This document shows positions 1 to 7,549 of a stretch of 54,835 nt of DNA, one piece after another. Each line of letters begins with the position of its first letter. Position 1 is the stretch's first letter. The stretch comes from an uncultured Methanosarcinales archaeon (GTDB taxonomy: Archaea > Nanobdellota > Nanobdellia > Woesearchaeales > CAZPJY01), in NCBI GenBank assembly GCA_964587045.1, contig CAZPJY010000007.1:1-54835 (forward strand). The letters are read 5' to 3'. Under the pieces are notes generated by a model, which ran no database searches, was not told the DNA's origin, and saw nothing but the letters and a program-made list of their open reading frames with translations. The position numbers and the translations under genes were made by a program.

Positions 1-424
1 AGTATGCCCTCACATTAAATCCAGAATCTGTAAGTTCAATCATCTCGAAGTCTTTGCGTACTATTAATTTAAACCTTTTTTGTGGCAGATATTTCTTCTT
101 GAATCCAGGATAATCCGAAACCGTAAAATCAGCATCCCCAAGCTCTGGTCTTGTTGTGTCCGGCATCCGGATTTTCAATAACTTGAGGTCCCCTGCGTTG
201 GTATCTAAAGGTCGGATGTGAAATAACGGACCGGTTGGTGTTTCCTCAATTATAGACCCTATTTCTTGTGTTGCCGCAACGAAGCTGTTAAACTGCTCCT
301 CGCTTTGACAAAAAACGCAGGCATAATTGACGGCTGCTTGCTTCTCAGAAGTGTGTTCATCCCTCAGAACGCATGCCTTGTTCACAATGTCCTGTACATA
401 TTGTTTCAGGTCATTTATATCCAT
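1..424 (-). CDS. Hypothetical protein, 3' end runs off the window; possibly VOC/YecM-like
   Basis: Not in the ORF track. Manual translation from ATG 424 gives MDINDLKQYVQDIVNKAC...VNYACVFCQS...ETPTGPLFHI...LLKIRMPD...GDADFTVSDY..., open to position 1. Starts about 20 nt after the tRNA-Leu 3' end. Confidence 0.75.
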   Translation of the reverse strand, partial: MDINDLKQYVQDIVNKACVLRDEHTSEKQAAVNYACVFCQSEEQFNSFVAATQEIGSIIEETPTGPLFHIRPLDTNAGDLKLLKIRMPDTTRPELGDADFTVSDYPGFKKKYLPQKRFKLIVRKDFEMIELTDSGFNVRAY

Positions 425-444
425 ATTGTGGCCTTGGTTGTTTA

Positions 445-530
445 TGCGAGGGGCGGGATTCGAACCCGCGGACCCACTAAGGGACAGGATCTTAAGTCCT
501 GCGCATTTGACCAGGCTTTGCTACCCTCGC
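445..530 (-). tRNA. tRNA-Leu(TAA), no intron, CCA not encoded
   Basis: Reverse complement GCGAGGGTAGCAAAGCCTGGTCAAATGCG-CAGGA CT TAA GA TCCTG-long variable arm-GGTTCGAATCC-CCCTCGC-A. Confidence 0.95.
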
Positions 531-610
531 CTATAAAAACCGGGTTGTCTTGTGTCTTTATAAAATTTCCTGGAAAGGTATATTAAGTTATCCCAACAGA
601 CAACACTCTC

Positions 611-964
611 ATGGTAAAAGGATGGCTCCCAGACGGACTTGGTCTGGACAGGCGATACATCACCATGATCAAGGAGAAGGCCAAGAAGGTAAGCGTAACG
701 GAAGACGAGGAGAGGCTGGTGAACAGGTACACACCCATCGACGCCCGTTTGAACTTCTGGAAGAAGGAGGACTACAAGACGAGATTCCAGAAGATGTGGG
801 AAAGTAAAGTCAAAGACTACAAGTTCTTCGTAGCGCTCTATGAGGACAAGGGAGGCACCCTGCCTGACAAGGTCGAAGCTTACATCAGGGCGTCACCCTG
901 CGGCAGGGAGAAGCTGAGGGCTCTGAAGTCCCGGGACAAAATCAGTTCTGATGGATCTTCTTGA
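611..964 (+). CDS. Hypothetical protein
   Basis: 117-aa ORF with host-like codon usage; TATA-like TATATTAA about 25 nt upstream. Confidence 0.65.
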   Translation: MVKGWLPDGLGLDRRYITMIKEKAKKVSVTEDEERLVNRYTPIDARLNFWKKEDYKTRFQKMWESKVKDYKFFVALYEDKGGTLPDKVEAYIRASPCGREKLRALKSRDKISSDGSS

Positions 965-1094
965 GGGTCTTTTCCAGGCTCTCTATGGTGGGTACGATCT
1001 GCTGCAGCTCGCTGAACAGCAGATCCAGCCTCTTGATTGCCTCTTCAGGGTCCTTTCGGATGAGCTCCTTGATCTCTTCTGGCATTCCTGACAT
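942..1094 (-). CDS. Small coiled-coil protein (50 aa)
   Basis: MSGMPEEIKELIRKDPEEAIKRLDLLFSELQQIVPTIESLEKTLKKIHQN; TTTTATAA box about 25-30 nt upstream; below the ORF-track cutoff. Confidence 0.6.
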   Translation of the reverse strand: MSGMPEEIKELIRKDPEEAIKRLDLLFSELQQIVPTIESLEKTLKKIHQN

Positions 1095-1187
1095 TCCGTG
1101 AAGAACAGAGCCTTGAGTTTATAAAATATGTGTTTACCTGGAAGCCCATCCGATTAGTATAAATATAACCATCTCCGACGGCAAAGC

Positions 1188-2168
1188 ATGACCATCACCA
1201 GGCGAGAATTTATTACCACCCTCCTGCTAGCAAGCCTTTCCCCCAGGATGGTTTTGCCCAAGTTAGAAGGTGAGCGTAAGCGAATTAAAGGAATCTATAT
1301 TCCTGGCTGGCGAGCCATCAACCAATCCAGCATAGATAAATACTTACGCAAAGCCCAAGCAGAAGGTCTCAATGCCTTCATGGTGGACATTAAAAACGTT
1401 CGTGGCGAGCTCTTTTACCATCCCGAAAACAGCCTCGCGCTCGAGATCAGCGCCCAGGCCAAGACAGTGGGTAAGCGTCCCAGAACTCTGGACTTCAAAA
1501 CTCTCGCAAGGGCAAAGGATCACGTGAAGCTCATAGGCAGGCATGTCATGTTTTGGGATAATACACTCTATGAGCAAAGGCCGGATCTCATGCTTTTCTC
1601 CAAAGGCGTCCAACACTGGGTCGACTTGACAAAAGAGGAGGTGATCGCATACAACATAGAGCTGCTGCAACAAGAGCAGGAACTCGGATTCGACGAGCTC
1701 GTTTTGGACTACGTGCGCTTTCCAGCAACCAACAAGTTTGGCACTGAATCTGAGAAATGTGAGGTCATCGACAACATCGTGGCTCGCATTTCTCGGGAGC
1801 TGGATATCCCATTTGGACTACAGGTCTTCGGCTACACAGCCTGGGACCACAAGAAGGCAGGGGTCGGCCAACGGATCGAGAGCCTCTGCCCGTACGTGGA
1901 TGCCATATACCCCATGCTTTACCCTTCGCACTTCTGGAAGGGCTCGTTTGGCTTTTCTGATCCTTCAGACAACCCTTATGATATAGTCAGACTCGGGTGC
2001 CTCAACGCCAAAAAGAAGATTCCTGGTACCACCCAACTCATCCCGATGCTTCAGGCCTTTTCATACAGCACAGAGCAGATTGAAGCGCAGATACAAGCCG
2101 TGGATAACGCTGGGTGTGACGGTTTCGTCTGCTGGAACCCACGCGGAAGATACAAGCCATTTTCTTGA
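1188..2168 (+). CDS. Putative glycoside hydrolase (DUF4015-like TIM barrel) with twin-arginine leader
   Basis: Motifs IKGIYI, NAFMVDIKN, GFDELVLDYVRFP, VGQRIE, YPMLYPSHF; N-terminus TRREFI. Confidence 0.75.
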   Translation: MTITRREFITTLLLASLSPRMVLPKLEGERKRIKGIYIPGWRAINQSSIDKYLRKAQAEGLNAFMVDIKNVRGELFYHPENSLALEISAQAKTVGKRPRTLDFKTLARAKDHVKLIGRHVMFWDNTLYEQRPDLMLFSKGVQHWVDLTKEEVIAYNIELLQQEQELGFDELVLDYVRFPATNKFGTESEKCEVIDNIVARISRELDIPFGLQVFGYTAWDHKKAGVGQRIESLCPYVDAIYPMLYPSHFWKGSFGFSDPSDNPYDIVRLGCLNAKKKIPGTTQLIPMLQAFSYSTEQIEAQIQAVDNAGCDGFVCWNPRGRYKPFS

Positions 2169-2170
2169 AC

Positions 2171-2866
2171 CTATCCATGATGCTCGTACCAAAACTCCAG
2201 GAGCTGTCGCATGAGTTTGATGAAGGGTCTGTCTGTGAAGAGCAGGATCTCATTCGATTTGATGAGTGTGACCATTAGCTCCTCATCATCGATTACGGAA
2301 AGCGCGACACCTTCATTTTGGATTGGCGCTATTTTGCCTACGATTCCTTTCCAAGTTTCAACGCCCTCTTTCGTCTCCCTATCAACGCGACCCAATAGCT
2401 TGTAGGAAAGGTTTCGGTTGAGGGTATCTTGCACGCTGCGCCTGAACTCAGGGTGGGTGTCGAAGGTGTACTTGAGCGAGATCTCATATTTCTGGGGTTT
2501 CCTCATCTCCCGGATGACTTTATAAAAGTTCTTCTTGCCTCTCGATATCTGAACAGCCTCTTTTTCATGCTCCTCATAGATAGCCTTGAAGTCCCGTACT
2601 TTCTGCTCAATCAGGTCGAGTTCTTCTTTTCTTCTCTTGATAACAGCACTAAGGCTTTCAGGGTCTGAGGGCATGAACATCTTGGTCTTCTCAGGGATGA
2701 TCTTTACGAGCCCCTTCATCTGCAGTGAATCCAGCACCGGGTAAATCCTACCGTAGGGCACTCCCGACTCCTTGCTCACATCAGCAGCTGAGCTCTTTCC
2801 TAGGTTCAGCAGGGCTTCATACGCTTTCGCTTCGTTTGCCGTGAGGCCCAGCTCTTTGAGGTCCAT
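2171..2866 (-). CDS. TrmB-family transcriptional regulator
   Basis: LGLTANEAKAYEALL...SGVPYGRIYPVLDSLQMKGLV winged HTH followed by a PLD-like effector domain (SVIDDEE). Confidence 0.9.
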   Translation of the reverse strand: MDLKELGLTANEAKAYEALLNLGKSSAADVSKESGVPYGRIYPVLDSLQMKGLVKIIPEKTKMFMPSDPESLSAVIKRRKEELDLIEQKVRDFKAIYEEHEKEAVQISRGKKNFYKVIREMRKPQKYEISLKYTFDTHPEFRRSVQDTLNRNLSYKLLGRVDRETKEGVETWKGIVGKIAPIQNEGVALSVIDDEELMVTLIKSNEILLFTDRPFIKLMRQLLEFWYEHHG

Positions 2867-2905
2867 ATGACTTGTATTGTGCTTCAGTTATAAAAACTTT
2901 TTGAT

Positions 2906-2929
2906 TTGCAACCTTATTTAAGGTTGCAA
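2906..2929. promoter_or_regulatory. 24-bp palindrome, probable operator between divergent genes
   Basis: TTGCAACCTTA-TT-TAAGGTTGCAA, immediately upstream of the trmB BRE/TATA. Confidence 0.6.
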
Positions 2930-2973
2930 TAATTAATAGGTTTCAAAATTACCACTATATAGTAAGAAAAGAG

Positions 2974-3255
2974 GTGATTTTGATGGGTAAAAACGAAACA
3001 GGAGGGCTCAACAAGCACCAGCTGCAGGACCTGGTTAAGACTGACCACTCCGGCAAGCCACTGATTGAAAGAGGAGAAATCGAGAGATTATATAACGCGG
3101 CGATGGAGATGAAAAAGTATTACAGCAGCGACGCCGCACGCTTTGAGTATTACCTCCCCTGCTTTTGGAAGGTCCAGAAAGCATACGATGCAGGCAGCCT
3201 TAAAGACTTCCGTTCAGCGATGGTATACCTGCTGGACTCGATCAAGTGGGAGTAG
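2974..3255 (+). CDS. Hypothetical protein (start may be ATG 2983)
   Basis: SD-like GAGGTG; abuts the next gene. Confidence 0.65.
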   Translation: MILMGKNETGGLNKHQLQDLVKTDHSGKPLIERGEIERLYNAAMEMKKYYSSDAARFEYYLPCFWKVQKAYDAGSLKDFRSAMVYLLDSIKWE

Positions 3256-3927
3256 GTGATGACAGTGGAAATACCCTACACCTGGCAAGACATCGAGGAC
3301 CTGATTCGCCCTGAACTGGACCACTGCGGCGCCATCCAAACCTTCGGAACAATTGGCAGCAGGAATCTGGAGCATGACATAGATATTATCATAACAAAAG
3401 AGCCAGGCGCCAAGTCCTCTGACTTTTACAGGCAGATCCACAACGTCTACGATACGATAGACACCTACGTCAGGCAGCAGGGCAGGAAGCTGATAAGGTT
3501 CACCTGCCTAGACCATGAGATGGACGTATGCCACATCGGAGGGTGGGAGCCCGGCGACCTGAGGCTGCACACCATGACCTATGTGTCACTGCCCCAGATG
3601 AGGAAGGACTGGGCTGTCCCCCTGGGTGAAGAGCTGGAGGTAGAGGATGTCTTGGACAAGGAGTACATACCTATAAAGGGCTCAAAGGAGGACATCTTCT
3701 CAAGGGGTTTCTCGAAGGGCAACAGGAACGACCACAGGATATTGAAGCTGAGCGACGGCGACAGGGTGCACTCCAACTACCCTGAGAAGCTCATGGTCGA
3801 CGCTATGAACCACATATTCAGGTACGTGAGCAAGCACGCGAAGATCGAAGAGGTCCTAGCGACATCAAAGGAGGATGTGAGGGAGTGCATGTACAGGATT
3901 GCCGATGCATTAGAGGAGCAGTCCTAG
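3256..3927 (+). CDS. Pol-beta-superfamily nucleotidyltransferase-like protein
   Basis: FGTIGSRNLEHDIDIII resembles the hG[ST]...hDhD signature. Confidence 0.55.
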   Translation: MMTVEIPYTWQDIEDLIRPELDHCGAIQTFGTIGSRNLEHDIDIIITKEPGAKSSDFYRQIHNVYDTIDTYVRQQGRKLIRFTCLDHEMDVCHIGGWEPGDLRLHTMTYVSLPQMRKDWAVPLGEELEVEDVLDKEYIPIKGSKEDIFSRGFSKGNRNDHRILKLSDGDRVHSNYPEKLMVDAMNHIFRYVSKHAKIEEVLATSKEDVRECMYRIADALEEQS

Positions 3928-4970
3928 GAGAGACTGCCTATCAGGTCGATTACGCGCCCAGTTGCATCTGGCTGGAGCCTGAAATCCATCGCGATCCGGA
4001 CTATTCCATTCCTGAAGTCATCATCTCTCAGGGCGTGATTGATCAGGCACTCGCAGGCTACCTTCGTGTAACCGACATGCATTATGTCCGGGCCTGTGAC
4101 GAACGAGATGTAATCTCGGCCCATGAGTCCAGGCTGGAGGCTTACGGCAGGCCTGCCCATCATCAAGGCCTCGACCCCGACCGTCGACACAGCGGTGAAC
4201 ACGACATCGGATGCCAAAGCCAGCTCCCTTGAAGGTATCTCCTCCTCAAGCGAGGCGTACTTCGAAGACGAAACGTAAGACCTTATCTCGTCACGCTCCT
4301 CCGCTGGCATGCGGGGATGCAGGCTCACCACGAGCCTCTGGTCCGGGGAGAGTTTCCTCTCAATCAGCCTCACATTGTCTAAATCCCAAAATCCGACGCT
4401 TTCCCTCTCCCGCTTGAATCGGTCGCCGGCATAGAATGCCAGGAAATCGCCTCCGTACCTTGAGCGTATGTAGTCCCTCCTAATCTGGGTGAACCCCGTG
4501 ACTAGTTGTTCGAGACTGTCAAAATAAGGGTTGCCCGTGACCTCCACCAATCCAGGAGGGATGCCTTCACCAGTCATGATCTCCTTGTGTAGGTTGTCGA
4601 TTGCGGTTATCACTGTCGGCAGTGCTGAGAAGTCGTCGAAGATGAAGCAGGCCTTGTTGTTGGTCCAGAAATCAGACACCGTGACAGTCGGAATCCCTTC
4701 GGAAGCGAGGATTAGGGAATGCTCAAGGACGTCACCGTTCGGCCTGTCCGCCCTGCCTGTCACGATGATGTCAGGGGAAAAGATGTCAAGCATCCTCTTG
4801 ACGTAGTCGACGCCCACATCCTTGGGCACCACGTGGGTGATGCCGGCATTTTCCGCTATGCCTGAAGTGTGGGTATAGGCTAAGAGCTCCTTGTCTGCCT
4901 CGAGCCTCTTGTAGACAGGGAGGATGGCATTCATGCCGCCAGGATGCGATGCTGCGAAAAGCGCTCTCAT
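3924..4970 (-). CDS. GT-B fold protein (UDP-GlcNAc 2-epimerase / surface carbohydrate glycosyltransferase-like)
   Basis: HPGG, VSDFW, VEVTGNPYFD, LHPR, STVGVEALMMGRP; start moved to MRALFAAS behind a TTTATAAA box. Confidence 0.65.
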   Translation of the reverse strand: MRALFAASHPGGMNAILPVYKRLEADKELLAYTHTSGIAENAGITHVVPKDVGVDYVKRMLDIFSPDIIVTGRADRPNGDVLEHSLILASEGIPTVTVSDFWTNNKACFIFDDFSALPTVITAIDNLHKEIMTGEGIPPGLVEVTGNPYFDSLEQLVTGFTQIRRDYIRSRYGGDFLAFYAGDRFKRERESVGFWDLDNVRLIERKLSPDQRLVVSLHPRMPAEERDEIRSYVSSSKYASLEEEIPSRELALASDVVFTAVSTVGVEALMMGRPAVSLQPGLMGRDYISFVTGPDIMHVGYTKVACECLINHALRDDDFRNGIVRIAMDFRLQPDATGRVIDLIGSLS

Positions 4971-5018
4971 GCATGCCAGGAGAAATATGTTATTTATAAA
5001 CTTAGTCACTTGCGCAGA

Positions 5019-5477
5019 CTATGGTGAATCCTCATCGAACATTGTCAGCGGTCTTGGGTTCAACAGCTCGAACCTAAGTGTAGCGAAGAGGTCCTTACCC
5101 AAATGCTTTCTGATGAAATCCTCAAGGCTATTCTCATCATCTATGGGAAGCTCCCTCTTCTGCTTATCAGAGAAGACATCATTTCGCGAGAGCGCATAGG
5201 CAAGAATCTCAGGCCTGTAGACGTGGTCTATGTACTCCTTGCCAGACGCTACGAGCTTGTAACTAACCTTTGCCACATCGATAACCGGCTTTTCCAGTGC
5301 CTTGTCAATCGACTCGTCATCGATCACGCCCAGGCCGTACAGGGTCTGCAGCAAAACGCAGTTCTCATTTGCAAAATGGTTCAAGAAGTAGAGATCGACC
5401 CCTTCGATGCTTGCGAGCACCACATCCCTAATCTGCTTGGAGAGTGGCTCGAAAGACGACTTGATGCTGACCATCAT
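5019..5477 (-). CDS. Hypothetical protein
   Basis: ATGA overlap with the stop of the upstream gene places the start at 5477. Confidence 0.6.
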   Translation of the reverse strand: MMVSIKSSFEPLSKQIRDVVLASIEGVDLYFLNHFANENCVLLQTLYGLGVIDDESIDKALEKPVIDVAKVSYKLVASGKEYIDHVYRPEILAYALSRNDVFSDKQKRELPIDDENSLEDFIRKHLGKDLFATLRFELLNPRPLTMFDEDSP

Positions 5478-5776
5478 CTTAGGTAGTACTGTGAAACCGC
5501 TCTGTCGATTATCCCCAGGCTCGCTTCGACATCGAAGTTGCCCCCGACCGCGTAGGACCACCCAGGAGTCTTTAAAATCCGGGCTCCAATCCTCCCAAAG
5601 ACAGACATCAGTGTCTCCTCGCCTCTAAAGGCCCTGTCCCATATCGGGCTTTGGTAGGTCCAGGTCTTCAAGCCTATCTCATGGTCTATGATCTCAGTGA
5701 TGGCCTGCTTCTTGGTGCTCTCACTCACAGAGTCGGGCAGCTCCATCACCATCTCCAGCTTCCTTGCAAGTCCCAT
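5474..5776 (-). CDS. Hypothetical protein
   Basis: SD GGAGGG; middle gene of a coupled three-gene operon. Confidence 0.65.
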   Translation of the reverse strand: MGLARKLEMVMELPDSVSESTKKQAITEIIDHEIGLKTWTYQSPIWDRAFRGEETLMSVFGRIGARILKTPGWSYAVGGNFDVEASLGIIDRAVSQYYLR

Positions 5777-5777
5777 C

Positions 5778-6065
5778 CTAATTCCCTCCAGGTACTATTT
5801 CGAAGTTGACATCGCTTGCGAAAATACCTTCCAGGTTCTTCTTGATTACCTCCAATGCCTGGGAGAGCGCAAACCTCCTGTCAGTGTCAAGAACAGTCCC
5901 TTCCAGGTTGGATACCGGCCCGTGCCTGCCGGTCGTTTGTGGATCGTAGGCGACATAGAATATCTCATAGCCTCCAGTGACTGGCTTGAGCTCCACTTTA
6001 GACCAGCTGTGGGCGCGGTAGTCGCACTTGAATCCAGTGTCAGTTGGGTAAATCCTTAGTTCCAT
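5778..6065 (-). CDS. Hypothetical protein
   Basis: Start likely MELRIYP at 6065, after GGGGTGG; the longer track ORF runs through promoter DNA. Confidence 0.6.
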   Translation of the reverse strand: MELRIYPTDTGFKCDYRAHSWSKVELKPVTGGYEIFYVAYDPQTTGRHGPVSNLEGTVLDTDRRFALSQALEVIKKNLEGIFASDVNFEIVPGGN

Positions 6066-6152
6066 CGAATTCAGATACCACCCCGCTTTATTAAAAGCTT
6101 CCGGTCCCCCTAATTCAACGAAAGCTTTATAAAGGCTCGGTGCCTCCCCTCC

Positions 6153-6260
6153 TTTGTTGGAAGAGATGTTGGAAGGCAGAAACAGAAGGGTTTGAAAAAC
6201 AATTATGCTCATTCTGTTTCACCCATCAGGAGACCATTTCCGCTGGGTTTTACCAACAAA
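6153..6260 (+). ncRNA. Putative structured 5' leader of the DEAD-box helicase gene
   Basis: Three complementary helices (see findings), lying between a TTTATAAA box at 6126 and SD AGGAG. Confidence 0.55.
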
Positions 6261-6286
6261 TAAGAATTCCAAGGAGATAGTAAAAT

Positions 6287-7549
6287 ATGTCATTTAAAGA
6301 ACTTGAAGTAAGACAGGATATAGTTGACGCCCTCAAAGACATGGGCATCACAAAACCCACACAGATACAGCAGAAGACCATCCAGATGGTCAAGCAGGGC
6401 AAGGACGTCATCGGCATGTCCAAGACCGGATCCGGCAAGACAGCCGCGTTCGGCGTGCCCATCCTGGAAATGATCTCGCCAAAAGCAGGGGTGCAGACCT
6501 TGATCATAGCTCCGACCAGGGAGCTGGTCGTACAGATCGCAAGGGAGATGCGCAAGTTCGGAAAGAACATGCGGGTCTCGATAGCGACTGTTTACGGCGG
6601 GGTCGCTATAGACCCGCAGATTGAGCGCATAGCCCACTCTGAGGTGATTGTCGGCACGCCCGGAAGGCTGCTGGACCACCTCGAGAGGCGCACGCTCGAC
6701 CTGTCAAAAATCAGGACCTTCGTTCTTGACGAGGCTGACAAGCTGGTCGAGATGGGATTCATCGAGGACATCGAACGCATCCTAGGCCACACCCCAAAGC
6801 AAAAGCAGATCCTGCTATTCGGCGCCACGTTGTCCGATGAGATCGAGCACATCAAGAAGAAGCACATGCACGACCCTGTCACAGTCAAAGCCGAAACCCA
6901 TGTTGAGGAGGATTTCCTCAAGCAGTACTACTACGACATAAAGTCGCACGAGAAGTTTTCCCTCCTGGTGCACCTGCTCAGGAAGGAGAGGGTCAAGAAG
7001 GCCATCATATTCTGCTCCTCAAGGACCACTGTCGAAATCGTGGCCAAGAACCTCCGGGCGCAGGGCATAAGGGCAGAGATGATACACGGCAAACTCTCAC
7101 AGAACAGGAGGCAGAAGGTGATCGACGACTTCAACAAGTCGGCCAGCTCGTTCCTGGTCGCATCGGCCGTGGCAGCGAGGGGGCTTGACATCAAGTTCGT
7201 CTCCCACATCTACAACTACGACCTGGCACAGGACCCGCAGGAGTACGTCCACCGCATCGGAAGGACAGCAAGGGCAGGGGAGCACGGCAAGGCCATCACG
7301 CTCCTCTCAGAGAAGGACTACGACGCTTTCTCCGACATCCAGAGGAGGTTCCCGGTAAACATCACCAAGCTTCCTAATGAGAGGTTCAGGCGGCTCAGAT
7401 TCGATGCCCGAGTTGAGAGGCGCCGTTCAGGCGGACGCAGGGGCGACGGAGCCCGGCCGCAGCGGCGCTCGTTTGGCGAGCAGCAGTTCAGGGCCGGCGA
7501 TGTCGCGTACGACCAAGAAAGGATGTCAAGCTGGGACGTCATGGATTGA
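6287..7549 (+). CDS. DEAD-box RNA helicase (DeaD/CshA-like)
   Basis: Q motif, SKTGSGKT, PTREL, TPGR, DEAD, GAT (motif III variant), ARGLD, HRIGRTAR; R/G-rich tail. Confidence 0.95.
   Translation: MSFKELEVRQDIVDALKDMGITKPTQIQQKTIQMVKQGKDVIGMSKTGSGKTAAFGVPILEMISPKAGVQTLIIAPTRELVVQIAREMRKFGKNMRVSIATVYGGVAIDPQIERIAHSEVIVGTPGRLLDHLERRTLDLSKIRTFVLDEADKLVEMGFIEDIERILGHTPKQKQILLFGATLSDEIEHIKKKHMHDPVTVKAETHVEEDFLKQYYYDIKSHEKFSLLVHLLRKERVKKAIIFCSSRTTVEIVAKNLRAQGIRAEMIHGKLSQNRRQKVIDDFNKSASSFLVASAVAARGLDIKFVSHIYNYDLAQDPQEYVHRIGRTARAGEHGKAITLLSEKDYDAFSDIQRRFPVNITKLPNERFRRLRFDARVERRRSGGRRGDGARPQRRSFGEQQFRAGDVAYDQERMSSWDVMD

Noticed and set aside
266..586. Plus-strand ORFs 266..586 and 327..536
   Set aside because: Antisense to tRNA-Leu and to the real minus-strand gene at 1..424.
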